Of a stretch of DNA of 64,000 nucleotides, positions 30,987-43,020 are shown piece after piece; position 1 is the stretch's first letter; every line of letters begins with the position of its first letter. The notes below the pieces were generated by a model. That model was not told the DNA's origin, did not search any database, and saw only the letters and a list, made by a program, of their open reading frames with translations. Where the stretch lies: assembly GCA_963819395.1 (NCBI GenBank), contig CAWFVW010000005.1, positions 1,461 to 65,460 on the forward strand, written 5' to 3'. The stretch comes from an uncultured Acidobacteriota bacterium. GTDB taxonomy: Bacteria > Acidobacteriota > Terriglobia > Acidiferrales > UBA7541. The position numbers were made by a program, and so were the translations under genes.

Positions 30987-33123
30987 ATGTTATCCAGCCT
31001 CCTGGTCCACCCGTTCCTGCCCGCGGCAATTCTTCTGATCGCCTTTTATTTATGGATGTCGGTCCGGGTCGTTGGGCCGACCGAAGTTGGGCTGGTCATG
31101 AAGCGTTTCGGAATCCGAAAACTGAAAGACGATAATCCAATCGCTTTTCACGGCGAAGCGGGTTACCAGGCCGATCTCCTGATGGCAGGGCGCCGCTGGA
31201 AGCCCTGGCTGCTTTACGAGGTTCAAATGTATCCGTGGGTGCAGGTTCCTGCCGGCGAAATCGGAGTGGTGATCGCGCAGGTGGGCTCGCCCCTGCCGAT
31301 CGGAGCCAAATCGGCTGTTTACAAGAAATCCTTTGCGAACTTTTCCAATCTTCGTTCCTTTGTCACGGATGGAGGGCAAAAAGGAGTGCAGCGCCCGGTA
31401 TTTCCTCCGGGCACGCTTGCTCCCGTTCATCCCGTCGGTTTTCTGGTAATCACCAAGAGCAAGGTCTATGGTTTGCCGGTATCGCCGGAACTGCGTTCGC
31501 GCGCCGGCAGGAAAGAAACGCTGACGCCGGAGGCGTTCGGGCTGCGTCCGGACCAGCTCAACCTGGTGAGGATCGAACCGAAGGCGGTCGGAACCGACGG
31601 CACGATGCTCGATATGGTGGGCATCGTGACGGTGTTCGAAGGCGACCCGCTTCCTTCGGGCGACATCGCCAGCCGCCTGGGGGGATTTGTCGACATCGAT
31701 AAAATGGAGAGGACGAACGCGACCGATGGCGACATCATCGAGGTGCTGCTGGGAAATAAGAACAACCTGCACAACAACTATCAGGATTTCCAGGCGTTCC
31801 TTGACAGCGGCGGGCGAATCGGCCTGCAGCACGACCCGCTGCTCTACGGCGCCTACGCACTGAATCCATTTCTAGTCGCAGTCGAATTGGTCTGGATGCT
31901 GGTGGTGCAGCAAGGGCAGGTTGCCGTGGTCAAGGCGTATGTTGGATTGCCCACGCATGACACCTCCGGCGTCGATTTCAAATTCGGCACGCTCGTTCGG
32001 CCAGGGCATCGCGGCATCTGGCAGGAGCCGCTGCGAACCGGAAAATATCCGCTCAATCCGCGCTGCTACCAGGCGGAAATCGTTCCGACTTCCATCCTCA
32101 CGTTGAATTGGGCCGACGAGGTTTCCCGAGCGCACAACCTGGATGCGCAACTGAAGCAGATCGTCGCCAAGAGCAACGAAGGCTTCGTCTTCGCCATCGA
32201 CTTGCAGGTGCAAATCCACGTCCCGGATACGAATGCGCCGCGCGTGATCTCCATGGTCGGGACCATGATGAATCTGGTAAACGAAGTGTTGCAGGCCGCA
32301 GTGGGCAATCATTTCCGCGACAAGCTGCAGAGCATGCCCGCCATTCGCTTCATTGAAACGCGCCAGCAGGTGCAAGAGGAGGCCTTCAAGCACATCAAGG
32401 ATCAGCTGGACCAGTATCGCGTCGAGACGCGGGGCGTTTACATCCAGGACGTCGTGCTGCCCCAGGATCTCGTCAAAGTCCTGACCCAGCGCGAAATCGC
32501 CAACCAGGAAATTGAAACGTATCAGAAACAGCGCGCCTCGCAGGAAGAACGCATCGCCATGGAAAACGCCAAGGGCACGGCCGAGATGCAGGCCGACCTT
32601 GCCAAATCCAAGGTGGGCGTGGACATCAAGACGAACGATGCGAATGCGCGAACCGAAGAAGCGCGAGGCGAGGCGGAATACATCCGCCAGACCGGCACGG
32701 CAAAGGGAGCCGAGGTGGAGGCGGTCGGGCTGGCCAGGGCGCGCGGCTACGAGGCGCAAGTGCGGGCGCTGGGCTCGAACGCCACGGCGCTGGTCAACGT
32801 CATCACCGCGCTGGCCGACGGAAGCATGAAATTTGTCCCGGACATCCTCGTCAGCCAGCGGATCGAACGGAGGAGGCGCACTCGATGGCCTGGCCGCCAC
32901 CGCGATGCGATACCTCGGCGGGAATGGCGGAAAGAGTTTGCCGGGCGGCCCGGCCAACGAGCCGGGAGCCGGCACTCCGCCAAGCGCGCCTGCGAAACCA
33001 ACTCAGGACAATGATTACGCGTATCAATTAATGCGATCGGATATGAAAATTATAGGTAGGAATCAAGCGATTGGAACTCTCACGCAAAATTGTGGCGCTC
33101 ATTCTTGCGATCAATGGGTCTAG
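30987..33123 (+). CDS. flotillin/YqiK-like SPFH (band 7) domain protein, with a C-terminal frameshift near 32850
   Basis: RBS GAGAGGAG before the ATG at 30987. N-terminal TM, then an SPFH domain and a long coiled-coil (QEIETYQKQRASQEERIAMENAKGTAEMQADLAKSKVG...). The tail continues in the frame of ORF 32833-33123 (GSNGGGALDGLAATAMRYLGGNG). Confidence 0.7.
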
Positions 33124-33335
33124 ATGAGGCCACCTACGGTTGCAGCAGATTTTTCCCATTTTGGGCCCGTGCCACAACCCTTCGTTCCAGCTTGGCACTC
33201 AAGCACCCCCTCTACCTCTCCCTCCAGAATGCCATCGTCTTTAAGCACACATAACATTTGCAGGATCAATAGGTTAGTTGGCGGCATCGCGCCGGAGATT
33301 GGCGCGGAACATGCACTCTGATTTCGTGGAGGCGA

Positions 33336-35438
33336 ATGTGTCCATATCGAGGTATTCTGCCTGCTACTCGGAATTTACCACCGCGGATTTGTGTTTTATT
33401 TTTTATCAGCCTGACGTTTCTTACCGGCCAGGCATGCGGCCAGTCCGCGCAGTCCTCGTCACCGGCTCCTGCGCAATCGGCGGGACAGCGGGACCTTTCC
33501 CTGGTCCCCCTCGAAGACTTGATGAACATCGAGGTGACTTCGGTTTCCAAGAAAGAACAGAAAATGTCGCAGGCGGCGGCGGCCATTTTCGTGATCACGC
33601 AGGAGGACATCCAGCCGATCGGGGGCGACAAAATTCCGGACTTGCTGCGCATGGTGCCCGGGCTGGACGTCTCCCAAATCAACGCCAATAGCCTGGGCCG
33701 TTTCGGCGCGCGGCTTCAACGACCAGTTTTCGAACAAATTGCTGGTTCTGATCGATGGGCGCGCCGTCTACACCCCGCTGCTTGGGGGAGTGAATTGGGA
33801 TACGCAGGACGTGCCGCTGGAGGATATTGACCGCATTGAAGTGATTCGCGGGCCGGGCGCCACGATCTGGGGCGCCAACGCCGTCAATGGAGTGATCAAC
33901 ATCGTGACCAAGAGGGCCGCGGACACGCCAGGGCGTCCTGGTCTCAGCTGCCGGAGGCACGGAGGGACAAGCGCAAGGCACGGTGCAATATGGCGGAGCC
34001 ATCAAGGAAAAAACAAACTATCGCATTTTCGCGAATTATCTCAACTACGGTTCCTTGCCCGCCGTGGGCGGCGGTTCCGGGCAAGACAATTGGAATCTCT
34101 TGCATGGCGGTTTCCGGGCGGATAGCAAGATTTCCTCGAGCGATTCGCTCACAGTTCAGGGAGATCTCTATACGGGCCAGGAAGGCGCCACCATCATACA
34201 TATCTTCTCGGTGGCTCCGCCCGTCACAGGCAATCTGAACGTGGACAACCAGCTTTCCGGCGGCAATATTCTAGGCCGGTGGAACCATACTTTTTCGAGC
34301 CGGTCCGACACCACCTTTCAGTTCTACTTTGACAACTATGAGCGGACGGGCCCCGAATCCGAGCGAAACCCGAAACACAATCGATTTCGATTTCAGTCAT
34401 CATTGGGCTTGGGGATCGCGCCAGGACGTGGTCTGGGGCGCCGGATATCGCCGCACCTGGGATCAGGACGCTCGGCACGATCGATCAGGCGTTCAATCCA
34501 GCCAGACGCGGCGCTCCAACTCTTCACTTTTTTCGCCCAGGATACGTTCACGCTGCAACCCGACCGGCTGTACTTCACAGCCGGGACCAAGGTCGAAAAC
34601 AGTTATTTCAGCGGATTCGAAGTGGAGCCGAGCGTGCGCCTGGCGTGGACTCCTTCCAACTGGATGACATTTCTGGTCCGCGGTTTCACGCGCCGAACGC
34701 ACGCCCGGCCGAAGAGACACTGGGCTCGACGCGGCCCTGGCGGCATTCCCCGATCCCTGCAGGATCGAACACGCCAGTGGAAGTCATTTTATTTGGCAAC
34801 CCAAAATTCCAGTCCGAGCACGTCGTGGCTTACGAGGCGGGTTTCCGGGCGCAGCCCAACACGCGGCTTTCCATCGATGTGTCGACGTTTTTCAATCGCT
34901 ACGACCATCTGGAATCACATGGAGCCGGGACCGGAAATTTTCGAGTCCAGCCCCTGCTCCCGCCCGTTTCGTCATGCCCATCACGTTCGGGAACTTGATG
35001 TACGGCACAACGGAAGGCGGCGAAATTTCCGCGAATTTGAAACTGACGGATCGCTGGACGCTAAGCCCGGGCTACGCTTTTTTGGAAATGCATCTGCATA
35101 CCCAGCCGCCGAGCCAGGACACATCGTCCGTGGCGGAATATCAGGGTTCGAGCCCACAGCATCAGGCGCAGCTGCGATCTCACGTGGATCTGTCCCACGG
35201 CCTTTCGTGGGACGCGAGCGCCTATTTCGTCAGCGAACTCCCGGTTCAGGGCGTCGCCTCCTATACGCGCATCGATACGCAATTGAGATGGAAGTTCGCG
35301 GAACGAGGGGAATTCAGCCTGGTGGGGCAGAACCTGCTGCAGGACCATCACCTGGAATCCATGGACGCGCTGACCCTGGTGAATTCGTCCCTGATCAAGC
35401 GCAACGCCTACGCAAAATTCACGTGGCGCTTTTGGTAG
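33336..35438 (+). pseudogene. TonB-dependent outer-membrane receptor interrupted by about 6 single-base frameshifts
   Basis: Plug (LEDLMNIEVTSVSKKEQKMSQAAAAIFVITQEDIQ...DLLRMVPG), NANSWAVSARGFNDQ (broken by one extra C at about 33690), LVLIDGRAVYTP, barrel segments in frames 33983, 34329, 34645 and 34974, and the terminal aromatic motif YAKFTWRFW. Confidence 0.7.
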
Positions 35439-35475
35439 AACAGATTTCATGGGCTGCGGAATAAACGTCTTGTTT

Positions 35476-35564
35476 TGTCATTCTGAGCGAAGCGAAGAAT
35501 CTCTCTTTGATTTAAGTATAAGAAAAGAAACAAGGAGAGATTCTTCGCTTCGCTCAGAATGACA
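35476..35564. repeat. P2 palindromic element, copy a
   Basis: Perfect 30-bp inverted repeat TGTCATTCTGAGCGAAGCGAAGAATCTCTC / GAGAGATTCTTCGCTTCGCTCAGAATGACA, separated by 29 bp, just after the end of the TBDR gene. Confidence 0.75.
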
Positions 35565-35784
35565 GGGCTTTGAGTTTTTCCGCAGCCTGTTCAGTCTGTT
35601 GGCTTCCGAAATGTCCTCGTGAGGAGAGTTCGGCAACCGGATCAGCCCTTTTGGCCAGTCATCTTCGAACAAGACAGCGACTGAAGCCGAATCAACTCCC
35701 GACGCCTTACGCCACGGCTGAAAGCCGTGCCCTACAAAGATTTAGGATTTAGCAGCCGCCAGGCTTCAATTCGTTTGCCTCCAC

Positions 35785-36315
35785 TCAGCTGCGCAAAATG
35801 CCCGGCGAAATATCGTGCTGCCTTGCGAGATCGCTGAGGGCATCGACCTGGCTTTGGACTTCCTGCACCTGAGCTTCGAATAAGGCGACGGCCCCGCCGG
35901 GCGTCACACCGACGGACGGCTGGTCCATCGCAACGCCGGGCTGGGTGACGCGATCTTCCTTGGCAAGTGCCAGCGCTTCTTGCTCTTGCTGGAGAGCCGC
36001 GAGGCGCTTGTCCAGTTCGACTTGCAAACCGGCCGCCACGTCGGCATACCAGGTGGGATCGTCGAGCCGTGAGTCATAAACCGGGAAAGTGGTTTCAGAT
36101 TGGGCGGCCGGCGCTTGCGTCGCAGGCGCCGCCGGTTCCTGGCCGACGATGGAAATCAGGCCGCGCGAGCGCAGCTGGTCCATGTCGTCATTCGTCCAGA
36201 CTTTCCTGGGCTGATTCTGATTGGTTTGCGCCGGGCGAGGCTTCTCTGCCGCTTGCGAAGTAAATGCAACGAGCAAAACAACAACCGCCGCGAGCGGGAA
36301 GGGGTAATTCCGCAT
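35785..36315 (-). CDS. exported hypothetical protein
   Basis: Signal peptide MRNYPFPLAAVVVLLVAFTSQAA, then a Gln/Ala-rich region without motif. Confidence 0.5.
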   Translation of the reverse strand: MRNYPFPLAAVVVLLVAFTSQAAEKPRPAQTNQNQPRKVWTNDDMDQLRSRGLISIVGQEPAAPATQAPAAQSETTFPVYDSRLDDPTWYADVAAGLQVELDKRLAALQQEQEALALAKEDRVTQPGVAMDQPSVGVTPGGAVALFEAQVQEVQSQVDALSDLARQHDISPGILRS

Positions 36316-36648
36316 GGTTCCTCCTCGGCGGGGACAGCTTCAGTGTACATCCAAGAGGGGGTAAGCTAGGAAGCGAATCTCCAGTGCGGGAATGTGGCGG
36401 GCTCAGAGCCTTTGCCGAAACCCCTCTTGTTTCAGGCCATGCGTCTTTCACTCGCAGTTGAGACCTATGAGATCCCGTCGGATTTTCATACACTTTCCCA
36501 TGGAGTTCCTCTTATCGGTATCGCCTGAGGTGTTCAGGCCACGATAAAATGGTCTTTCGAAGAAGCTTTCCGTTATCTGTTGTGTTCGAGCACCGGCGGC
36601 CATAAATTAGTTCTTTCGCCCCCGTACGCAGGAAGAGTCGGAGCGCTG

Positions 36649-37902
36649 ATGGCGATTTCGCAAGATTCTCCAAAACCTGACTTGGGCTCGCTGCGAATCC
36701 ATGATGACCAGCGAGGCAAGTCCGGCACGCGCAAACGAATCGTGTACGCCGCCATTCCAGTCATTCTTTTCGGGGCCATCGTCGGCGGCGCTTTCGCTCT
36801 GCGCAATCAGAAGCCGGTCGTTCAGGCGGCTACAGTCGCCAAACCCGACGCCGGCGGGCCTCAAACCGCGCTGAATGCCAGCGGCTACGTGACGCCGCGA
36901 CAGCGGGCCACCATCGCCGCGAAGATCACGGGGCGGGTCACGGCCGTATATTTCGACGAAGGCACTCGCGTCAAGGAGGGCCAGCTTCTCGCAACGCTCG
37001 ACGACTCCGACTACAAGCGGGCTCTGGATTCCACAAAGGCGGACCGCGATTCCGCCCAGGCCGCCATCGCGGATTTCGAAGTGCAGCTCCGATATGCTGA
37101 AGTGGAATTAAAGCGCGCGCAGCAGTTGTACGATCGCGGCATCGGCACGCAGGAAGCACTCGACAATGCCGGCACGAACGCCGACAGCTTGCGAGCCAAA
37201 ATCGCACTCGCCAAGCAGCAGGTGGCCGCCTCGGAAGCGCGCATCGCCGAGGCGCAGCAGGCCGTGGATAATTGCATTATCAGGGCGCCCTTCGCTGGCA
37301 TAGTGGTTTCCAAGGACGCGCAGGTGGGGGAAATGGTGTCTCCCAACTCGGCCGGCGGCGGATTTACGCGCACGGGGATTGCCACCATCGTGGATATGAA
37401 TTCGAACGAAATTGAGGTGGACGTCAACGAATCCTACATTGCCAGAGTCAGAGAAGGGCAGGCGGTGAAAGCCACGCTGGATGCCTTTCCGGATTCGCCC
37501 TACGGCGCGAAGGTCCGCACCGTCATTCCCACTGCCGATCGCCAAAAGGCTACCGTGAAAGTGCGCATTTCCTTTTTGAAGCTGGACGACAAGATTCTTC
37601 CCGACATGGGCGTGAAAGTCGCGTTTCTAGAGGAGCCCAAGCCCGCCGCAGTAAAGAATGGCGCAGAGAAAGTTCCCGATGCGGTTGCCTACATTCCTAA
37701 AAGTGCTGTGCGCTCCGATTCCAATGCGTCCTTTGTGTATCTAATCAAAGATGGAGCGCTCGAACGCCGCGCGGTCAGCCTCGGAACGGATCGAGGGACG
37801 GACGTTGGCGTGCTGGCGGGGCTGGCGCCGGGCGACTCGATCGTGGTTAAGGGTCCCGAGAATTTGCGTGACGGCGAAAAAGTCGAAATCGGCCAACAAT
37901 AG
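36649..37902 (+). CDS. HlyD-family efflux membrane fusion protein (MacA-like)
   Basis: N-terminal TM, lipoyl/biotinyl-like hairpin, long coiled coil, beta-barrel domain. It sits upstream of a MacB-type ATPase. Confidence 0.85.
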   Translation: MAISQDSPKPDLGSLRIHDDQRGKSGTRKRIVYAAIPVILFGAIVGGAFALRNQKPVVQAATVAKPDAGGPQTALNASGYVTPRQRATIAAKITGRVTAVYFDEGTRVKEGQLLATLDDSDYKRALDSTKADRDSAQAAIADFEVQLRYAEVELKRAQQLYDRGIGTQEALDNAGTNADSLRAKIALAKQQVAASEARIAEAQQAVDNCIIRAPFAGIVVSKDAQVGEMVSPNSAGGGFTRTGIATIVDMNSNEIEVDVNESYIARVREGQAVKATLDAFPDSPYGAKVRTVIPTADRQKATVKVRISFLKLDDKILPDMGVKVAFLEEPKPAAVKNGAEKVPDAVAYIPKSAVRSDSNASFVYLIKDGALERRAVSLGTDRGTDVGVLAGLAPGDSIVVKGPENLRDGEKVEIGQQ

Positions 37903-37911
37903 GAGAGAAAT

Positions 37912-38655
37912 ATGGTCCGAGTGGATGGCAGCGGGAATTCACAAAGCCTGATTCGTGTGCGCGGCTTGAATAAAACATACAGCCGCGGCGGGGAAAAAAT
38001 TCAGGTTCTTCAGGGATTGAATCTGGATGTGGACAAGGGCGACTTTGTCGCCTTCATGGGCCCCAGCGGTTCGGGGAAGACCACGCTGCTGAATTTACTT
38101 GGCGGTCTCGATGTGCCTTCGGCGGGCAGCATTACCGTGGACGGCGACGAAATCACGAACATGTCCGGGAGCAAGCTCACGGAATGGCGGGCGCGCCACG
38201 TTGGGTTCATTTTTCAAATGTACAATTTGATTCCCGTGCTGACAGCGTTCCAGAACGTGGAGCTGCCGCTTCTCCTCACAAAGCTTTCCAAGGCGGACCG
38301 GCGCAAACACGTGGAAACCGCGCTGGGCGTCGTAGGTCTTACCGACCGCATGCAGCATTACCCTCGGCAGCTTTCCGGCGGGCAGGAGCAGCGCGTGACC
38401 ATCGCGCGCGCCATCGTTTCTGATCCGACCTTTCTCTTGTGCGACGAGCCTACGGGCGACCTGGACCGCAAGAGCGCCGACGAAATCATGGCGCTGATCG
38501 ATGAACTCGTGGGGAAATACGGCAAGACCGTGCTGATGGTGACGCACGATCCTGTTGTCGCGGCGCGGGCTCACACCACGCTGCATCTCGAGAAAGGCGT
38601 GCTGGTGGAGGCGTCCAAGCTGGAGCAGGGCATCGTGGCAGGAGGCGCGTCATGA
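37912..38655 (+). CDS. ABC transporter ATP-binding protein (MacB/LolD-type)
   Basis: Walker A GPSGSGKTT, signature LSGGQEQR, Walker B LLCDEPTGDLD. Confidence 0.9.
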   Translation: MVRVDGSGNSQSLIRVRGLNKTYSRGGEKIQVLQGLNLDVDKGDFVAFMGPSGSGKTTLLNLLGGLDVPSAGSITVDGDEITNMSGSKLTEWRARHVGFIFQMYNLIPVLTAFQNVELPLLLTKLSKADRRKHVETALGVVGLTDRMQHYPRQLSGGQEQRVTIARAIVSDPTFLLCDEPTGDLDRKSADEIMALIDELVGKYGKTVLMVTHDPVVAARAHTTLHLEKGVLVEASKLEQGIVAGGAS

Positions 38656-39800
38656 AATTCAGCTCGCTGATTTTCGCCAATCTGTTCCGGAAAAAAATAC
38701 GTCTCATCCTCACGGTCGGCTCGTTTGCCGTGGCCCTTTTCCTTTTTGCTTTTCTCGCCGTGGTGCAGAACGCCTTTAATCGCGGCGCGGATGTGGCCGG
38801 GGCTGACCGCCTGGTGGTGATCGACCGCGTCTCGATCATCAATCTGATCCCGCTCAAGTACCGCGACCAGATCCTGCAGATTCCCGGGGTGAAATCCGTC
38901 ACGCACAATAACTGGTTTGGCGGCGTCTACCAGGACGAGAAAAACTTTTTCCCGCAATTCGTGATCGATCCGGAGAGCCAGCGCCAGGTTTTTCCGGAGC
39001 TGATTGTTCCCGACGATCAGTGGAATGTTTTCATCAAAGACCGCCAGGGCGCCATCGCGGGGGCCCGCACTGCGGAACGGTTTAACTGGAAGGTCGGCGA
39101 CCGGATACCGATCAAGACTACTTTGTACGGAGGCAACTCCTGGGAATTCAATCTGGACGGCATTTATCACGGGCAGCGGCCCGAGGACGACGAAACGCAG
39201 TTCTGGCTGCAATGGGATTATTTTGAAGAGCGCATCCCCGAGCAAATCAAAGGGCAGATCGGGTGGTACGTTCTGCGCGTGAACAATCCCGACGATTCCG
39301 TGCGCGTCGCGAAGGCCATCGACGATAAATTCGCCAACTCCTCGAGCGAGACGAAAACAGAAACGGAATCCGCTTTCGCCGCGGGATGGGTAAAGCAATT
39401 CGGCAACATCCAGTTCCTGATCATGACCATCGGAACGGTCGTCTTTTTTACACTGCTCCTCGTGACGGGGAACACGATGGCCATCTCCGTGCGCGAGCGC
39501 ACCGCGGAATTGGCTGTCATGAAAGCGATCGGGTATTCCGGGGCCAGGGTTCTCATTTTCATTCTTGCGGAATCTTTGGTGATTGCGTTGATCGGAGGGC
39601 TTCTCGGGCTGGGGCTTGCTCTCCTCGCCGTTCCGGCGCTTGCCAAGCAGCTCAGTGGCATGCTACCCACGCTGATTCTCGATCCCTCGATTCTGATTCT
39701 TGGACTTGTCGCCGCTCTCGCTGTTGGTATCGCGAGCGGCATTCTCCCGGGTTTGGGCGCGATGCGCATGCGCGTCGTCGAAGCGTTCCGGAGGGTCTGA
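38652..39800 (+). CDS. ABC transporter permease, FtsX-like with MacB periplasmic domain
   Basis: TM1, a large periplasmic domain, then 3 C-terminal TM helices (FtsX fold). Overlaps the ATPase stop. Confidence 0.85.
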   Translation: MKFSSLIFANLFRKKIRLILTVGSFAVALFLFAFLAVVQNAFNRGADVAGADRLVVIDRVSIINLIPLKYRDQILQIPGVKSVTHNNWFGGVYQDEKNFFPQFVIDPESQRQVFPELIVPDDQWNVFIKDRQGAIAGARTAERFNWKVGDRIPIKTTLYGGNSWEFNLDGIYHGQRPEDDETQFWLQWDYFEERIPEQIKGQIGWYVLRVNNPDDSVRVAKAIDDKFANSSSETKTETESAFAAGWVKQFGNIQFLIMTIGTVVFFTLLLVTGNTMAISVRERTAELAVMKAIGYSGARVLIFILAESLVIALIGGLLGLGLALLAVPALAKQLSGMLPTLILDPSILILGLVAALAVGIASGILPGLGAMRMRVVEAFRRV

Positions 39801-39802
39801 CC

Positions 39803-40972
39803 ATGGCCATACCACTCACTTACAACGTTCGCAGCGTCAGGGCCCGCTGGACATCCGCCATCGTTGCAGTGATCGGGATTGCGGGAACCGTGGGAGTCTT
39901 CGTGGCCATGCTCTCGCTGGCCCGCGGTTTTCGCGCGACATTGGTCGCCTCGGGGTCGCCCGGAAACGCGCTCGTGATGCGCGCCGGTTCCACCTCCGAG
40001 ATGATGGGCGGCGTCACACTTGATAGTGTGAAAATCATTCAGGACGCGCCGGGAATCGCGCGAGACTCCGCCGGGCCGCTCGTCACCGAGGAAGTGGTCG
40101 GCGTCATCCCGTTTCCGCTGATCAGCAGCGGCACGAACGCAAATGTACAGATCCGCGGCGTCTCCCCGAATGTCCTGCGCATCAGGAGCTTCGTCAAAAT
40201 CGCGCAGGGACGCATGTTCAACCCGGGCCTGAATGAATTGATTGTCGGAAAAAATGCGAACAGGACGTATACGGGGCTGACGGTCGGAAACACGGTCAAG
40301 TTTGGGGGAACTCCCTGGCAGGTGGTCGGCGTTTTTGACGCGGGCGGCTCCGCGTTCGATTCCGAAGTCTGGTGCGACGGGCCCATCCTCAATCAAGTCC
40401 TGAAGCGGCCGCCGAATATCTTCCAGTCGGTCACGGTTCATCTGGTCTCGCCCGACACATTCCAACAATTCAAGGACGCCATCACGGCCGACCCGCGATT
40501 GAACGTCGACGTGACGCGCGAGATCGACTACTACGCGAAACAGTCCACTCAGATGACCAAGCTGATCACCATTCTCGGCGGCGTGGTGGCCTCCATCATG
40601 GCCATCGGCGCCGTTTTCGCCGGGCTCAACACCATGTACTCCGCGGTCGCCGAACGCGGGCGCGAAATCGCCACCATGCGCGCCCTGGGCTTCAGCGCGA
40701 TCGCCGTGGTCGTTTCGTTTTTGTTCGAGGCCTTGCTCATATCGTTTGTCGGAGGGCTCGTCGGCTCCGTTGCCGTCCTGCCCCTGAACGGCTTAACGAC
40801 GTCGACGATGAACTTTCAGACGTTTTCAAGTCTGGCCTTTGCTTTCAAGATCACGCCCGATTTGCTGGTGCGCGGCATTATCTTCGCCCTGGCAATGGGA
40901 ATCGTCGGCGGCCTTCTCCCGGCAATCCGCGCCGCCAATACGCCGGTCGCAACTGCCCTTCGCGAACTCTAA
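39803..40972 (+). CDS. second ABC transporter permease, FtsX-like
   Basis: MAIPLTYNVRSVRARWTSAIVAVIGIAG... Same architecture as the preceding permease. Confidence 0.85.
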   Translation: MAIPLTYNVRSVRARWTSAIVAVIGIAGTVGVFVAMLSLARGFRATLVASGSPGNALVMRAGSTSEMMGGVTLDSVKIIQDAPGIARDSAGPLVTEEVVGVIPFPLISSGTNANVQIRGVSPNVLRIRSFVKIAQGRMFNPGLNELIVGKNANRTYTGLTVGNTVKFGGTPWQVVGVFDAGGSAFDSEVWCDGPILNQVLKRPPNIFQSVTVHLVSPDTFQQFKDAITADPRLNVDVTREIDYYAKQSTQMTKLITILGGVVASIMAIGAVFAGLNTMYSAVAERGREIATMRALGFSAIAVVVSFLFEALLISFVGGLVGSVAVLPLNGLTTSTMNFQTFSSLAFAFKITPDLLVRGIIFALAMGIVGGLLPAIRAANTPVATALREL

Positions 40973-41004
40973 ATTGGACAAATTTAATTGGGGGTGCCGT
41001 TCCC

Positions 41005-42273
41005 TTAGGATCGGCTGGTAGATGCTGCGGCTGGCGTGGCACCACGCGGCGCGTATTTGGTCTGAATGTAATCGTCAACCAATTTGCGGAACGCGGCGGA
41101 GAGTTCGTCGTAGTTGCCATGCAGGGTGACGGATTTTTTGCCGTCGATGTACACGGGGCAGCTGGGTTCTTCGCCGGTGCCGGGGAGGCTGATGCCGATG
41201 TTGGCAGCTTTAGATTCACCCGGGCCGTTGACGATGCAGCCCATCACGGCGAGGGTCATGTCCTCGACGCCTTCGTACTGCTGTTTCCACTGCGGCATGC
41301 TTTCGCGGATGTAATCCTGAATGCGCTCGGCGAGTTCCTGGAACGTCGTGCTGGTGGTGCGGCCGCAGCCGGGGCAGGCCGTCACGCTCGGCGCGAATGC
41401 ACGCAGGCCGAGCGATTGCAGGAGTTCGCAGGCGGCGTAGACTTCCTCGCGACGGTCTCCGCCGGGGCGCGGCGTGAGGGAAATGCGAATTGTGTCGCCG
41501 ATGCCCTCCTGGAGCAGAATGCCGAGCGCCGCGGAAGACCACACGACTCCCTTCGTGCCCATGCCCGCTTCGGTGAGGCCGAGGTGCAGCGGCTGCTCGG
41601 TCTTGCGCGAGAGGTCGCGGTACACTTTGATAAGATTTTGCGGCTTGGAAACCTTGCAGGAAATGATGATCTGGTCGTGGCGCAGGCCGCACTCGAGCGC
41701 GAGTTCGGTCGATTCGATTGCGGATTGCACCATGCAGTTGTTGATGATTTCTTCGGAGTCCAGGCCAAGCTCGCGGTCGGTGTTCTCCTGCATCCTGCGC
41801 ATCACGAGCTCTTGATTGAGCGAGCCGCCGTTGACGCCGATGCGCACCGGCTTTCCGTTGTCGACGGCGACCTTGCAGATTGTCGAAAATTGCTCGTCTC
41901 GCCGCGCGCCCGCGCCCACGTTGCCTGGATTGATGCGGTACTTGTCCAGTGCCCGCGCGCAATCGGGATATTTCGTCAGCAGGACGTGTCCGTTGTAGTG
42001 GAAATCGCCGATGATCGGCGCGGCGCATCCCAGATCGCGCAGACGGGCCACAATTTCCGCGACCGTCGCGGCCGATTCCGGCATGTTTACCGTGATGCGG
42101 ACCAGCTCCGAGCCCGCGTCAGACAACTCTTTGCACTGCGCCACGGTCCCGGCAATGTCCGCCGTGTCCGTGTTGGTCATCGACTGGACTACGACCGGCG
42201 CGCCTCCGCCGACCTGGTATTGGCCGACTTTGACGCCGTACGTCTTGCGCCGCGTAATGGGGAAAATCTGCAT
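41005..42273 (-). CDS. ispG: 4-hydroxy-3-methylbut-2-en-1-yl diphosphate synthase (flavodoxin)
   Basis: 422 aa with the typical GcpE start ([29 protein letters not shown]) and a C-terminal Cys cluster (CPGCGRT). Confidence 0.95.
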   Translation of the reverse strand: MQIFPITRRKTYGVKVGQYQVGGGAPVVVQSMTNTDTADIAGTVAQCKELSDAGSELVRITVNMPESAATVAEIVARLRDLGCAAPIIGDFHYNGHVLLTKYPDCARALDKYRINPGNVGAGARRDEQFSTICKVAVDNGKPVRIGVNGGSLNQELVMRRMQENTDRELGLDSEEIINNCMVQSAIESTELALECGLRHDQIIISCKVSKPQNLIKVYRDLSRKTEQPLHLGLTEAGMGTKGVVWSSAALGILLQEGIGDTIRISLTPRPGGDRREEVYAACELLQSLGLRAFAPSVTACPGCGRTTSTTFQELAERIQDYIRESMPQWKQQYEGVEDMTLAVMGCIVNGPGESKAANIGISLPGTGEEPSCPVYIDGKKSVTLHGNYDELSAAFRKLVDDYIQTKYAPRGATPAAASTSRS

Positions 42274-42345
42274 GTTTTATTTTGTGATTTCTTTTTCGAG
42301 TTAATGATAACAGGGCTGCGCTGGTCCTCAAAATGTGAGTGGCCG

Positions 42346-42430
42346 TTAAGTAGGACGGGCTTCAGCCTGTCTGGTTTTGGCCTTGCCCGGCGTTACGAAA
42401 AGCAGACAGGCTGAGGCCTGTCCTACTTAG
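42346..42430. repeat. P1 palindromic element
   Basis: TTAAGTAGGACGGGCTTCAGCCTGTCTG...CAGACAGGCTGAGGCCTGTCCTACTTAG is a 27-bp inverted repeat with a nested GACAGGC-loop-GCCTGTC hairpin in each arm. Confidence 0.7.
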
Positions 42431-43020
42431 GCGCCAGCCGCCTGGTTTCCGCGTAGGCCTATAGCGTCGGCAATCTCGCGCATGGCGGCGATGCAGAAGG
42501 CGATGTGTTCTTCGATGGGGATGCCCAATTCTTGCGCGCCGTTGCGGACATCGTCGCGGTTCACGCCGCGCGCGAAGGCTTTGTCTTTTAGTTTGCGTTT
42601 CACGGAATCGGGCTCGACCTCGAAGATGCTTTTGCCTGGCTTGACCAGGGAGCAGGCGGTGAGGAAGCCGGCGAGTTCGTCGCAGGCGAACAGCGTATGT
42701 TCGAGCGGAGTTTCGCGCGGCGTGTTGCAATAGTCGGCGTGCGAAACGATGGCGCGAATAATTTCTTCCGTGTAGCCGCGCTCGCGCAGGATCGCCGATC
42801 CGCCGGCGGGGTGCTCTTCGGTGGGGCTGTGCGCGTCATTGGGCCAGCGCTCGTAGTCGAAGTCGTGCAGCAGGGCGGTGAGGCCCCAGAGTTCTTCATC
42901 GGCGCCTGATTTTCGCGCGTAGGCGCGCACGCAGGCCTCGACCGCTAGCGCGTGCTTGCGCAGGCTTTCGTTTTGCGTGTATTCGCATAATAGTGCCCAG
43001 GCATCATCTCTGGTTGGCAT
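42427..43020 (-). CDS. HD-domain phosphohydrolase
   Basis: H...HD metal-binding motif (ALLHDFDY) in a 197-aa protein. Confidence 0.8.
   Translation of the reverse strand: MPTRDDAWALLCEYTQNESLRKHALAVEACVRAYARKSGADEELWGLTALLHDFDYERWPNDAHSPTEEHPAGGSAILRERGYTEEIIRAIVSHADYCNTPRETPLEHTLFACDELAGFLTACSLVKPGKSIFEVEPDSVKRKLKDKAFARGVNRDDVRNGAQELGIPIEEHIAFCIAAMREIADAIGLRGNQAAGA

Noticed and set aside
31872-32975. 367-aa minus ORF opposite the flotillin gene
   Set aside because: Antisense artefact.
35478-35672. 64-aa ORF ...SERSEESLLVSF... and the 58649-59590 ORF start
   Set aside because: Read through the P2 palindrome. The repeat, not a protein, explains the similarity.
40372-42414. 680-aa plus ORF spanning the permease end through ispG antisense
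   Set aside because: Arg-rich nonsense antisense to ispG.
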